DNA of 64,000 nucleotides from an uncultured Myxococcales bacterium (GCA_964454015.1 CAYVQF010000021.1:13890-77889); one strand, 5' to 3'; counted from the stretch's first letter, positions 45,889-56,168 are shown. Notes: generated from the sequence alone by a model not told the origin. Numbers and translations are program-made.

Positions 45889-46779
45889 ATGGTCGCCAGC
45901 TCCAGCACTTCCCCCGGTACGACGCCGCTGCGCATGGGCGCGGTGCCGTGGATCGACGCCGGCCATGCCGTCACCAGCTATACGGCCATCCTCCTCGATG
46001 CCTACGGGGTTCTGGTCGACGCCTCTGGCGTGATCGCTGGGGCTACGGCCTTCATCGACCACCTCAACGCCCAGGGCAAGCCCTACTACATCCTGACCAA
46101 CGACGCCGCGCGCCTGCCGCAGAGCTGCGCCGAATTCTACCAGTGCCATGGTTTGGCCATCGCGCCCGAGCGCATCATCACCGCGGGCTCGCTCCTGGCG
46201 CCCTACTTCGCCCAACACGGCCTACACGGAGCTCGCTGCGTGGTCCTCGGCCCCCGTGACGCCAGCACCTACGTCCGTGAGGCCGGCGGCGTGGTCGTTG
46301 CGCCCGACGAAAGAGAGAGCGTCGATGTCGTCGTGGTCTGCGCCACGGAACGCGAGATGGTGCCCCAAATCGACGCGGCGCTCTCCATGTGTGGCCGCAA
46401 GCTGGAAGCCGGCGGCCCGCCACCCCAGATCCTCTTGCCCAACCCGGACATCATCTACCCCAAGGGCGACGGCGCCTTTGGCATCACGGCAGGTGCCGTA
46501 GCGGCCATGCTGGAGATCGCCTTGCGCGCCCGCTTCCCTCACGCCGAGGTGCGCGCCCATCCCATGGGCAAACCCTATGCGCCCATCTTCGAAGCGGCCA
46601 TCGCCGCCGCCGGGACGCGCCGAGTCCTCCACATTGGGGACCAAATCGACACCGACGTCGAAGGCGCCTGGGGCGTGGGCATCGACTGCGCCCTCGTCGC
46701 CACAGGCGTCGCGCGCCTCGACGACGACGTTCGCATCACCCGCGCCCCGACCTACCGCCTCAGAGATCTGCGCCTCTAA
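45889..46779 (+). CDS. HAD-superfamily hydrolase, subfamily IIA (NagD/UmpH-like)
   Basis: ILLDAYGVL N-terminal motif, ILTND motif II, and the HIGDQIDTD motif IV region. Confidence 0.6.
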   Translation: MVASSSTSPGTTPLRMGAVPWIDAGHAVTSYTAILLDAYGVLVDASGVIAGATAFIDHLNAQGKPYYILTNDAARLPQSCAEFYQCHGLAIAPERIITAGSLLAPYFAQHGLHGARCVVLGPRDASTYVREAGGVVVAPDERESVDVVVVCATEREMVPQIDAALSMCGRKLEAGGPPPQILLPNPDIIYPKGDGAFGITAGAVAAMLEIALRARFPHAEVRAHPMGKPYAPIFEAAIAAAGTRRVLHIGDQIDTDVEGAWGVGIDCALVATGVARLDDDVRITRAPTYRLRDLRL

Positions 46780-46842
46780 AGCCGAGCGCGCGCGCTTTGG
46801 GCCCGATGCGCGCTGCAGTCAGCACGGCGTGCGCAGGGCGGC

Positions 46843-48132
46843 TCAGTCTTGGTCTTGTCCCACGGGTCCATCCAGGCGCGGCGAGCGTCCGCGCAGGACC
46901 TCATAGGCGACCCGGTTGCCGTACTGAGCCGCGCGGGAGAGCGAAGAATAGCTCAAAAACTCGAGCTCCGCCGCGTGCTTGAGACTGTTGGGGACGGAGG
47001 CGCGGTGGTAGCGATTGGCAGCCACGTCGTGCAGGAGCGCCGCGAGGGCAGCATCACCGGCGCCGCTGGTGTTGCACAGGCGCTCTGGTCCACCCAGATA
47101 AGGGTGGATGTGGCTGAAGATCTGGAGGGGGCGATGACAGTCGCGCCGCCGCACCAGCCGGGAATACTCCCAGCGGTTGTAGTCGGGGATGGACTTGGAG
47201 ACGATGGCCTCGCGGGTGAGGCGTTTGACCGAGTCGTCGGTGTAACCCGCCAAGGTCAGGCCGCGCGATCCCTCGGTGACCACGGCCACATCGACCCAAT
47301 CGAGGAGCTTGCGGCAGGCCAAGAGTGGATCCGATTCGTCCGTGAGGGCCTCGGCTTCACGCGCGTTCATGGCGGCGATGGTGACGTAGCCGTCGAGGAG
47401 GTCGATGAGCTCTTTGCGCATCCGCCGCACCAGGGTCGCCGTCCCCAGGCCAAAAGCGATGGGGACATCCGCGGCATGGGCGACCTCCATCAGACGCATG
47501 GCAGCTTGGGCGATGGGTCGATCCGGGTTGGCCAGGCAGTAAAGGGAGGTCAAAGCGACCGAAGCGCCTTGAACCACCTCTAGGGGGATCGCCTCGGCCG
47601 GGTAATCTCCTGAAGCCCCAGGTGAGACGGCAAAGGAACGCTCGCCGTCGGGGGTGAAGCAGGTCACGGCGGTCCCCACTTGGCCGCTGACGGGGATGAG
47701 GTGGTCGAGGGAGAGGGCTTTGGGCGACTGGGCAACGTAGGCAAAAGCCGCGCTGTGGGGCGCGATGCTCTCGGGGATGGTCCCCAACAAGATAGCCGGC
47801 TCACCGCTGAGGTGGGTGAAGTTGCTCAAGGTGTTGGCCACGGTGCCGCCGGCGGCGTAGCGCCAGCGCAACCCCGCCGCGCGAATTTTGCTCAAGAGCA
47901 CCTCGAGCATCTCCGGCGCAAAATGCACCGACTCCCCGGGGATGAGCCCGAGGTCGTGGAGCAGATCCAGCGGGCAGGCTTGGATCTCGAGGTCGACGAG
48001 GACCTCGTCGAGGCCTACGGCATACCAACTGGGTTCGGTCTGCACGTCGACCCCGGCCACCACGGTGCGCTTCTCAGTGACGGGAAAGTAGTACTTGGCT
48101 TCGCGTGGTCCTGGGAATTGCACAGCGCACAC
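46843..48132 (-). CDS. gsk: Inosine-guanosine kinase (PfkB family)
   Basis: Collinear with E. coli Gsk across the length: KYYFPV, GGTVANT, MNAREAEALTDESDPLLA...LDWVDV, NTSGAGDAALAALLHDVAANRYHRASVPNS, SPRL tail. Confidence 0.85.
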   Translation of the reverse strand: MCAVQFPGPREAKYYFPVTEKRTVVAGVDVQTEPSWYAVGLDEVLVDLEIQACPLDLLHDLGLIPGESVHFAPEMLEVLLSKIRAAGLRWRYAAGGTVANTLSNFTHLSGEPAILLGTIPESIAPHSAAFAYVAQSPKALSLDHLIPVSGQVGTAVTCFTPDGERSFAVSPGASGDYPAEAIPLEVVQGASVALTSLYCLANPDRPIAQAAMRLMEVAHAADVPIAFGLGTATLVRRMRKELIDLLDGYVTIAAMNAREAEALTDESDPLLACRKLLDWVDVAVVTEGSRGLTLAGYTDDSVKRLTREAIVSKSIPDYNRWEYSRLVRRRDCHRPLQIFSHIHPYLGGPERLCNTSGAGDAALAALLHDVAANRYHRASVPNSLKHAAELEFLSYSSLSRAAQYGNRVAYEVLRGRSPRLDGPVGQDQD

Positions 48133-48301
48133 CTCTCTTGGGGGTCACCCTAGGGCGAACCGCGATAGGCCAGGCAGGGTAAGGTCCTTTGTCTCCCGAT
48201 GCAACCAAGATCGGACGCGTGGCTCCCCCCAGCGGCGCTCGCCCATGCACCGCAACGCCGCACGCTTTCTCTACCTCGGCGCGCTTGGCGCGCGCCCCAT
48301 A

Positions 48302-48349
48302 CCCCACCAAAAAAGTCAGCTACCGCTCTGGTAGAGCTTCAAGCGGTAG
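48302..48349 (-). terminator. Rho-independent terminator of the DnaI-like gene (minus strand)
   Basis: On the minus strand, stem AGCTCTACC/GGTAGCT overlaps the last codons, then GACTTTTTTGG follows. Confidence 0.45.
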
Positions 48350-49134
48350 TCGCTCCCGATGAGCGACATGGGCTCGCACATCTGGTAAATCCGGCTCTCG
48401 GCGCGCTCGCCGATGCGGTCGTCGAGGGCGTCGGCCTTGGCCCCGCTGGGCTGCATGGCCTTGGGAAAGTAGTTGGAGGCAAAGAGCGTGGTCAGCGAGG
48501 TGTCGTTGTAGCGCCGGGTGATGAGCTCGTCGACGATGCGCAGCTCAAAGTCATTGCAGCGACCTTTCCCGAGCTCGTCGATGGCCAAGACGGGCACCTT
48601 GACCAGGGGCTCGAGGATCTCGGCCTCGGAGCGGTTCTCCGCATAGAGCTTGCGCAGCTCCCCGAGGAGGTGGCTGAACTCGATGTAACGACAGGCGACC
48701 CCCATCTCCAGGCTCATATAGCGCAGCATGGCGACCAAGAGGTGGGTCTTGCCGGTGCCGACCCCGCCGACCAACAAATAGCCTCGGGCTCCGGGTCTGA
48801 AACGCGCCAAGTAGGCACCAATCGCTTCGAGCAATGGCCCGTGATTGGCCTGGTGGGGGATGAAGGTTTCGAGGCTGGCCTCGGCATAACGCGCCGGAAC
48901 GCGCGCCTGATTGAAGCGCTCGATGCGGCGGTCCAGCGACGCCCCCGGGCACGGCCTCAAGGTGCGGTAGCCCCGGGCATCGTAGCTGGCGAGGTGCGCT
49001 GTCCCTTGGCAGAGCGGGCAGTGGTCGATGTTGATGGCCGGGCGCTCTGCCACGGCCCACGCCCCTTGGGCGCGAACCAAGGGCTGGCCAACCTTGGCGA
49101 GCAAACACTGGGTGAGATCATGGGGAGCGCTCAT
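48316..49134 (-). CDS. DnaC/DnaI/IstB-family AAA+ ATPase with an N-terminal zinc ribbon (putative helicase loader)
   Basis: N-terminal CPLCQG...C zinc-ribbon-like motif. Walker A GGVGTGKTHL, Walker B LAIDELG, and an Arg-finger region RRYND. No adjacent IstA transposase. Confidence 0.65.
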   Translation of the reverse strand: MSAPHDLTQCLLAKVGQPLVRAQGAWAVAERPAINIDHCPLCQGTAHLASYDARGYRTLRPCPGASLDRRIERFNQARVPARYAEASLETFIPHQANHGPLLEAIGAYLARFRPGARGYLLVGGVGTGKTHLLVAMLRYMSLEMGVACRYIEFSHLLGELRKLYAENRSEAEILEPLVKVPVLAIDELGKGRCNDFELRIVDELITRRYNDTSLTTLFASNYFPKAMQPSGAKADALDDRIGERAESRIYQMCEPMSLIGSDYRLKLYQSGS

Positions 49135-49149
49135 CGGACCTCGTCGCAG

Positions 49150-49797
49150 TTAGGGACCCACATCCAACAAAGCATGCACGGCGAAGTGACGCAAGAGGGC
49201 TGCCTCGAAGTGCGCCTGCACATAGGCGGCCGCGCCTTCTGGGCTCATCTGGGCCGCGCGCGCTTGGCATTGGCGCTGGCTCTCATGTCGCAGGTGCCCA
49301 CACTCACCCTTTGGCAAGGCAGCCTCCAGCTCCACCATGATCTGCCGGCGCACCCGCAGCCATAATGCCGTGGGATCCACCCCCTCTTCAATCTGCGCGC
49401 GGTGCAGGCTGACCCAGGCGCGGCGCAAGACCCGCTTGGCCGCGGCCGGCGTGTCGCCCTGCGTCCCCAAACGCTCGATGAGGGCGCAGTAACGCGCCAC
49501 GGCCGGCGCGGCAGCGGGCGCATCAGCGCCCCGAGCGGGGTGGGCCTGGTGGTAGGCCTTGATGGCCGCCTCCACCTCGCGGCTGAAAGCGGCGAGGGTG
49601 CGCGGGGTGGTCGTCGCGCGCGCCAGCGCACGATCCAAGGCGCGGATCACCGCGTCGGCCGGCACGCCGCTCTCTTCCCACTGCAGCACCACCGCCTGAT
49701 CCCGCGGCGAGAGGTTGAGACCCGCGCCAAGGTTGTGCCCTTTCCAAGCCTCGAGGGCGGCGAGGAAGGCCGCCGATGGACGCGACTCATGCATGCT
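49150..49797 (-). CDS. Hypothetical protein upstream of the DnaI-like ATPase (possible DnaD/DnaB-like partner)
   Basis: Alpha-helical Ala/Arg-rich protein. Same strand, 15-nt gap to the downstream AAA+ gene. Overlaps the fabH 5' region by 11 nt. Confidence 0.3.
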   Translation of the reverse strand, partial: SMHESRPSAAFLAALEAWKGHNLGAGLNLSPRDQAVVLQWEESGVPADAVIRALDRALARATTTPRTLAAFSREVEAAIKAYHQAHPARGADAPAAAPAVARYCALIERLGTQGDTPAAAKRVLRRAWVSLHRAQIEEGVDPTALWLRVRRQIMVELEAALPKGECGHLRHESQRQCQARAAQMSPEGAAAYVQAHFEAALLRHFAVHALLDVGP

Positions 49798-50806
49798 GCG
49801 CCGACCACCGCAACAGGGCGCCGCCCCAAGTGAAGCCAGAGCCAAACGCCACCAACGCGAGCAAGGCCCCCGGAAAGATCCGCCCGGCGGCCACGGCCTG
49901 ATCGAGGGCGATGGGGATCGACGCCGCCGTGGTGTTGCCCACCAGAGCGATATTGGTGAGCACCTTCTCGGGGGCGATCTCTAGCATGCGCCCCAGCAAC
50001 TCGGTGATGCGCTGATTGGCCTGATGTGGCACCAAAAAATCGATGGCGGCCACCTCGAGACCCGCCGCGTCGAGGAGGCCTTGGGTGCACTCGCGCATCC
50101 GGGTGACGGCGTGGCGAAAGACCGTGCGCCCGTTCATGCGAGGCAGGTGGATGCCTTCGGCCAACAAGTCCGGGCTGACGCGCTGCGGGAAGCGAGACGA
50201 CGCCGGACCCTCGCACCACAGTTCGCGGGCGTGGGCGCCTTCGGCCCAGACCTGCGTGGCCACGACCCCACGCACGTCTTCGGCGCAGGCCTCGAGGACG
50301 ACTGCCCCGGCGCCATCACCGAAGAGCACCGCCAGGTCCCGCCCTGCTGGCGAAAAATCGAGGCCCGTGGACTGCAACTCAGCCCCGATGAGGAGGACGC
50401 AGCGGTGGACGCCAGCGCGGATGAGGGCGTCGGCGACTTGCAGGCCGTACACGAAGCCCGCGCATTGGTTGCGCAGATCGTAGGCCGCTATCGGCGGACC
50501 GCCCAGGGCGGACTGCACCAAGCACGCGCAACCGGGAAAGGTGTAGTCAGGCGAAAGGGTGGCGAAGAGGATGGCGTCAACATCGCTCACCTGGCGTCGG
50601 GCGGCGCCCAGGGCGCGCTCGGCGGCAATGGTCCCCATGACCGAAGCGGTCTCACCAGGCGCCGCATAGTGGCGCGCCTCGATGCCCGTGCGCGTGCGGA
50701 TCCACTCGGGATCCGCGCCGCAGATGGCCGCGAGCTCAGCGTTGCTCACCACCCGCTTGGGTAGATAATGGCCAGTACCGGTGATCCGTGCGGCCAGGGC
50801 GGGCAT
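49787..50806 (-). CDS. fabH: 3-oxoacyl-[acyl-carrier-protein] synthase III
   Basis: MPALAARITGTGHYLPKRVVSNAEL, active-site region NQCAGFVYGL (Cys), His and Asn regions (VPHQANQRI, GNTTAAS). GGAGGAG RBS. Confidence 0.92.
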   Translation of the reverse strand: MPALAARITGTGHYLPKRVVSNAELAAICGADPEWIRTRTGIEARHYAAPGETASVMGTIAAERALGAARRQVSDVDAILFATLSPDYTFPGCACLVQSALGGPPIAAYDLRNQCAGFVYGLQVADALIRAGVHRCVLLIGAELQSTGLDFSPAGRDLAVLFGDGAGAVVLEACAEDVRGVVATQVWAEGAHARELWCEGPASSRFPQRVSPDLLAEGIHLPRMNGRTVFRHAVTRMRECTQGLLDAAGLEVAAIDFLVPHQANQRITELLGRMLEIAPEKVLTNIALVGNTTAASIPIALDQAVAAGRIFPGALLALVAFGSGFTWGGALLRWSAQHA

Positions 50807-50850
50807 AGGGGCTCCTCCGATAGGGCATGACAGCCGTTGCGCTGGGCGCG

Positions 50851-53706
50851 CTACCCGATCTTCTCCAAGCGCTGCAAGCCCGCCAAGAGCTTGACCCGAT
50901 CCGCCGCGAGGGCGTTCATCTTGTCGCGCTCGGCGGCGACCACGTTCTCGGGCGCGCGATCGACGAAGGCCGGGTTCTCGATCTTTTTGGTGACCTGGGC
51001 GAGCTCCTTGTCGAGCTTGGCCAGGGCCTTGCTCAGGCGCGCCTTCTCTTCGGCGAAGTCGATGAGGTCTGCCAGGGGCACCACCAGCTCCATGCCGTCG
51101 GCCACGGTGGTGGCGCTGGGCGTGGGGCGCGCCGCCTGCGCCGGGTGCACGGCGATGGCGCTGACCTTGGCCAGGGCTTGGATGAAGGGCCCCATGAGAT
51201 CACAGCAGGCGCGATGCTCTTCTTGGTCGGTGAAAACATGCAGCAGGGCGATGCGCTTGCCCGGCGGGATATTGGCCTCACCGCGCACATTGCGCAGGGC
51301 CTGGATCATGGCGATGGCCTGCTGGGCTGGCTTGGCACGCCCGTCGGCTTTGAAGGCTTCCTGGACCTTGGGCCAGGGCGCCAACATGATCGAGCGTGGA
51401 TGCCCAGGCGCCTTGGGCAAGCTCTGCCAGATCTCTTCGCTGACGTAGGGCGCAAAAGGGTGGAGGAGGCGCAAGACCGTCTCGAGGACATGGACCAGAA
51501 CCTGGCGCGTCACCGTCTTGGCCGCGTCCTTGGCCGCGTCCTGGTCGTAGAGGATGGGCTTGGCCAGCTCGATGTACCAGTCGCAGAAGGTGCTCCACAA
51601 AAAGTCATAGATGCCTTGCGCGGCGTCGTTGAAGCGGAAGTCCTCCAGGCTCTGGGTGACGCGGGCCACGCATCCTTGCAGGGCGTCGAGGATCCAGGCG
51701 TCCACGGGTGAGAGCTGCGCCGGCGTGAAAGGCAGGGTACCCTCGGCGCTACTGCCGGCGGCGCTCACCGTGGTGCCCTCCAAGTTCATGGCGACGAAAC
51801 GCGCCGCTTGCCAGAGCTTATTGATAAAGGCGCGATAGCCCTCGACCCGCCGCACGTCGAGGCGAATGTCGCGCCCCTGGGCCGCGTACATCGCCAAGGT
51901 GAAGCGCAAGGCGTCCGCACCCTGCGGCTCGATGCCCTCGGGGTAATCATCGAAGAGCTGGCGGCAGGCCTCGCGCTCATCTTCGGGGACGCTCGCCGGC
52001 GTCACGCCGTAGACCACGTGCAGGGGATCGATGACGTTGCCGTAGGTCTTGGACATCTTGCGCCCTTCCTTGTCGCGGATGAGGGCGTGAAAATAGACCG
52101 TCGCAAAGGGGGCCTCGTCCATGAAGTACTCGCCCATCATCATCATCCTGGCCACCCAGAAGAAGATGATGTCCGCTGCGGTTTCCATGACCGTCGTGGG
52201 ATAGAACTTGCGCAGCGTCGCCGTCGACTCGGGCCAACCCATGGTGCTGAAAGGCCACAGGGCCGACGAAAACCAAGTGTCGAGCACGTCCGGGTCTTGG
52301 ATGAAGGTCGTGCCACCACACTCGGGACAGGTCGCGGGGCACGCGCGGTCGACCAACGGGACGGCGCCCGTCCCGATGCGCAGCTCGGCATCGGCGTGGC
52401 CCGGATGATGGATGCGGTGCAGGTCCTTGCCCGAACACTGGGTGCAATACCAGGCCGGGATCTGGTGCCCCCACCAGAGCTGACGCGAGATGCACCAGTC
52501 GCGAATGTTGTGCATCCAGTTGAAGAAGGTCTTCTCCCACATGGCGGGGATCATGCGGGTGCGGCCGCGCTCGACGGCCTCGATGGCGGGCTTGGCCAAG
52601 ACCTCGGCGTTCACCCACCACTGCGGCAGAAGCAGCGGCTCGACCAGGGCCCCCGAGCGCTGAGAGCGCGCCGGCATGAAGGTGTGGGCCTCGACGCGCA
52701 CCAAATAACCCTGGGCCTCGAGATCGCGCACCACCGCCTCGCGACACGCCTCGCGGCTCAGGCCGCGGTAGGCTTCGGGCGCGGTGTCGGTCATGCGGGC
52801 GTCCAGGCCAATGACCTGAATGCGCGGCAGGCGATTGCGCACGCCACAGGCGAAATCGTTGAAGTCGTGGGCCGGGGTGATCTTGACAGCCCCCGTGCCA
52901 AAGGCGGGATCGGCTACAACCCCATCGGCAATGATGGGAATGGTGCGCCCCGTGAGGGGCAGCAGGCATTGCTTGCCGATGACGTCTTGGTAACGCGGGT
53001 CATCAGGGTGCACCGCAACGGCCGCGTCGCCGAGCATGGTCTCGGGGCGCGTGGTCGCCACGACGATGCGGCGGTCCGTCCCCTCGATGGGATAGGCGAT
53101 GTGCCACAGGTGCCCAGCCTCGGGCTCCTGATCGACCTCGAGATCACTCAGGACGGTCTGGGCCACGGGGTCCCAATTGACCAAGCGCTCGTCGCGGTAA
53201 ATCAGCCCCTCCCGGTGCAAGCGCACGAAGGCTTCCCGCACGGCGACGCTCAAGCCCTCGTCCATGGTGAAGCGCTCACGCTCCCAGTCACAAGCCGCGC
53301 CCAAGACCTTGAGCTGGCTGATGATGTTCCCCCCTTTCTCCTCCTTCCACTGCCAGACGCGGCGCAAAAAGGCCTCGCGCCCCAGGGCGTGCCGACTCAG
53401 CCCCTCCTTGGCGAGCTGCCGCTCGACCATGACCTGGGTGGCGATCCCCGCGTGGTCCGTCCCGGGCAGCCACAAGGCCTCAAAGCCCTGCATCTTCTTA
53501 TAGCGCGTCAGGATGTCCTGAATGGTCACGAAGATCGCGTGCCCCATGTGCAACTTGCCCGTGACGTTCGGCGGCGGAATCACGATACAGAAGGGCTCTT
53601 TGTTCGAGTGCTCGTCGGCGTGGAAGAGCCGCTCTTGCAGCCAAAAGGCGTACCATCGCGCCTCGACATCATGGGGGCTATAAGCTTTGGCAAGTGACTG
53701 AGACAT
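50851..53706 (-). CDS. valS: Valine--tRNA ligase
   Basis: 951 aa. HIGH PPNVTGKLHMGHA. KMSKS KMSKTYGN. C-terminal coiled coil. Confidence 0.95.
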   Translation of the reverse strand: MSQSLAKAYSPHDVEARWYAFWLQERLFHADEHSNKEPFCIVIPPPNVTGKLHMGHAIFVTIQDILTRYKKMQGFEALWLPGTDHAGIATQVMVERQLAKEGLSRHALGREAFLRRVWQWKEEKGGNIISQLKVLGAACDWERERFTMDEGLSVAVREAFVRLHREGLIYRDERLVNWDPVAQTVLSDLEVDQEPEAGHLWHIAYPIEGTDRRIVVATTRPETMLGDAAVAVHPDDPRYQDVIGKQCLLPLTGRTIPIIADGVVADPAFGTGAVKITPAHDFNDFACGVRNRLPRIQVIGLDARMTDTAPEAYRGLSREACREAVVRDLEAQGYLVRVEAHTFMPARSQRSGALVEPLLLPQWWVNAEVLAKPAIEAVERGRTRMIPAMWEKTFFNWMHNIRDWCISRQLWWGHQIPAWYCTQCSGKDLHRIHHPGHADAELRIGTGAVPLVDRACPATCPECGGTTFIQDPDVLDTWFSSALWPFSTMGWPESTATLRKFYPTTVMETAADIIFFWVARMMMMGEYFMDEAPFATVYFHALIRDKEGRKMSKTYGNVIDPLHVVYGVTPASVPEDEREACRQLFDDYPEGIEPQGADALRFTLAMYAAQGRDIRLDVRRVEGYRAFINKLWQAARFVAMNLEGTTVSAAGSSAEGTLPFTPAQLSPVDAWILDALQGCVARVTQSLEDFRFNDAAQGIYDFLWSTFCDWYIELAKPILYDQDAAKDAAKTVTRQVLVHVLETVLRLLHPFAPYVSEEIWQSLPKAPGHPRSIMLAPWPKVQEAFKADGRAKPAQQAIAMIQALRNVRGEANIPPGKRIALLHVFTDQEEHRACCDLMGPFIQALAKVSAIAVHPAQAARPTPSATTVADGMELVVPLADLIDFAEEKARLSKALAKLDKELAQVTKKIENPAFVDRAPENVVAAERDKMNALAADRVKLLAGLQRLEKIG

Positions 53707-53981
53707 CGCGAAACTCCTGCATCATCTAGCGAACCGCGGCGCCAAGCGCGCGGAAAGGCGTATCATAGCGATCGAAAACGGCGGCACAAGGTTCCTCGTG
53801 GCCTCGCTCTTTGGGAGCCACGCGCCACGGGGCGTGCGCCCATTCATCTGCGTTGCCGCCCGCTTGGCTTTGCTCTTCCCGCCCGAATCGAAGATTGACC
53901 CACAGGCCGCACTTTCTTATTCTGCCCTAGGCGGCGCGGCGCAGCCGGCACGCGCCCACCCACACTGCAAGCAACGCGGGA

Positions 53982-56168
53982 GTGCGCATGGGAACGCTGC
54001 GGATGCACTGGCGAGCACCAACACTGGGGTGCGCGCTCTTCACCTTGGCTCTGCTGCCACTCGACAACCTCGCCTGGGGCCAAGACCCACCCGACCCGGC
54101 GGCGCTGCTCGATCAAGCAGACGCCCGCTATGAGCTCGGGGACGATGTCCAGGCGAGCCGCCTTTACGCCGAAGCCTTGGCCCATGGGCAAGCCGCGGCG
54201 GACCTGCTCATCCAGGGACGCGCCCTCAGCGGACAGGCCTCCCTCGCCCGCGAGGCGGGCGATCTCGACGCGGCCGCCCTGACCTTCGACGCCGCCCTCC
54301 AAGTCTTCACCCAAGCAGGTGACGCCGGCTGGCAAGCCGTCACCACCTACCAACTCGCCATGACCGCCCTCCAGCGCGAGGACACAGCCCAAGCTGAGCA
54401 GCATCTGCGCAGCGCCCTCGAGCTCTTCAGCCGGCGGGCGGGCCGTAGCGAAGCGACGCGCCGCTGGGAGGCCACCGTACGCATGGCCCTCGGAGAGTTG
54501 CTGAGCACCAGCGCCCCGGCCGAGGCCGAAGGACTCTTCCAAGAGAGCGTCAAGATTTTTGAAGGCCTCCGCGACCGCCTCGGCGAAGGGCACGCCCACT
54601 ACGCCAAGGCCTCCATCGAGTGGCAGCAAGCCAACCATGCCCGCGCTGGACGCACTTTCGAGCTCGCCCTGCGGCGCTACCGCGAAGCCGACGCCCCGCG
54701 CGAGGCGGGCCTCACCCAGCTCGCCATCGCCAGAGTGCGCCAAGACGAAGGCCGCTGTGACGAAGCGCTGAGCCGCTACGAGCTGGCCAAACAAGAGATG
54801 GCCCTGCTGGAAGACACGGACACCTACATCCTCTATGCCTGGTTTGGCATCGCCGAATGCCAACGCATCGCCGGGCGCTACACCGAAGCGCTGGCCGCAT
54901 TCAACGAGGTCATGGCCTCACCCCTGTTGGTGGAATCGGACTTCCTACAAGCTCAAGTCGGGCAGGCCATGGCCCGCGTGGCCCTCGACGGCAGCGACGA
55001 GCGCCTGGCCGAGCTCCGCCTGGCCATGCAGGCCCTCGAGGCGGCCACCCCCGATGCCAGCATCTTGGCCGAAGGGCGCTCCGCCCTTGGCCTGGCCCTC
55101 CTCCAGCGCGGTCAGCACAAGGAGGCCATGGCCTACCTGGCCGCGGACCCCGCCGCGCGCGAGCAGCTCGCCGTCGAGGATGTCCTCAACTACGCCCTCG
55201 CCCTCGAGCAGGGCCACCAAGACGGCGAGGCCCGGGAGTGGCTCCTGAGTTCCCTCGACCGCCTCGGGCGCAAACAGAACAGCGAACGGGCCACGGTGCT
55301 CGCAGCGTTGGCGCGCATCGACCTCCGCGGGGGCGCCTGGAACGACGCCCTCGGCCGTGTCAAAGATGCAGACAAGCTCTATCGCTCTCTGCGCAAGACC
55401 ACAGGCCGCGCTGAACTCGCCCTGCTCGCCGGCCAGGCGCACCTCGGCCTCGAGGACCCCAAGAAAGCCATCTCGGCCTTTGAAGATGCCCTCGAGGCCT
55501 TTGACAAGGGCAACGAAGCGGCCCGCGCCAACCACGCCCGTCTCCTCCTCATCGACGCCATGATCCAGCGCGGCGAAGGGCGCAAGGCCCTGACTCATCT
55601 CGAAGACGCGAGCGCTTACTTGGGCGACCAAGGCGAGCCTCGCGACCGGATCAAGGTCAACCTCCTCTTGGCCCAAGCCCACATGGGGCAGCGCCGCGCC
55701 GCCCAAGCCGCGCCCGCTCTCGCCGCGGCCAAAGAGGCGCTGGCCCAAATAAGCCCCGAGGAGCGCGCCAAAATCGCGGACGTGGAAGCAGAGCTGCTGC
55801 TCTATGTGGTTGAAACCACGCCTGAAGATGAGGCCGCTGCGGCTCAGGCAGACGTGGCTCAGGCCGCGGCGCTCATCGAAACGCACGCCCTCGGCCACTT
55901 GCGGCTGCGTGCCCTCAGGGCCCAAGCCAAGGTGGCCAGCGCCGCCGGGGAGCGCGCCAAAGCGCTCCAACATTTACAGGCCGCAGCGGAGCTGGTTCAA
56001 GGAGATGAGGCTGCGGCTGACCTCGCCATGGCCATGGGTGAGCTCCTCGCCGAGGAAGACCCGGCCAAGGCCATCGCCTACTTCGAGCAGGCCAAGGACC
56101 AGTACCGCAGCGCCCGGGCCATGGCCAAGTCGCGAACGGCCTCACGGGCCGCGCGCGCCTTGCGTTGA
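53982..56168 (+). CDS. Secreted tetratricopeptide-repeat protein
   Basis: Signal peptide LGCALFTLALLPL. More than 15 Ala/Leu-rich TPR-like helical hairpins (…YAEALAHGQ…, …FEDALEAF…). Confidence 0.6.
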   Translation: MRMGTLRMHWRAPTLGCALFTLALLPLDNLAWGQDPPDPAALLDQADARYELGDDVQASRLYAEALAHGQAAADLLIQGRALSGQASLAREAGDLDAAALTFDAALQVFTQAGDAGWQAVTTYQLAMTALQREDTAQAEQHLRSALELFSRRAGRSEATRRWEATVRMALGELLSTSAPAEAEGLFQESVKIFEGLRDRLGEGHAHYAKASIEWQQANHARAGRTFELALRRYREADAPREAGLTQLAIARVRQDEGRCDEALSRYELAKQEMALLEDTDTYILYAWFGIAECQRIAGRYTEALAAFNEVMASPLLVESDFLQAQVGQAMARVALDGSDERLAELRLAMQALEAATPDASILAEGRSALGLALLQRGQHKEAMAYLAADPAAREQLAVEDVLNYALALEQGHQDGEAREWLLSSLDRLGRKQNSERATVLAALARIDLRGGAWNDALGRVKDADKLYRSLRKTTGRAELALLAGQAHLGLEDPKKAISAFEDALEAFDKGNEAARANHARLLLIDAMIQRGEGRKALTHLEDASAYLGDQGEPRDRIKVNLLLAQAHMGQRRAAQAAPALAAAKEALAQISPEERAKIADVEAELLLYVVETTPEDEAAAAQADVAQAAALIETHALGHLRLRALRAQAKVASAAGERAKALQHLQAAAELVQGDEAAADLAMAMGELLAEEDPAKAIAYFEQAKDQYRSARAMAKSRTASRAARALR

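Noticed and set aside
48316-49134. Possible IS21-type istB transposition helper (mobile element)
   Set aside because: No istA transposase ORF, terminal inverted repeats or target duplication is nearby. The N-terminal zinc ribbon and chromosomal context (fabH, gsk) fit a DnaI/DnaC-like loader better.
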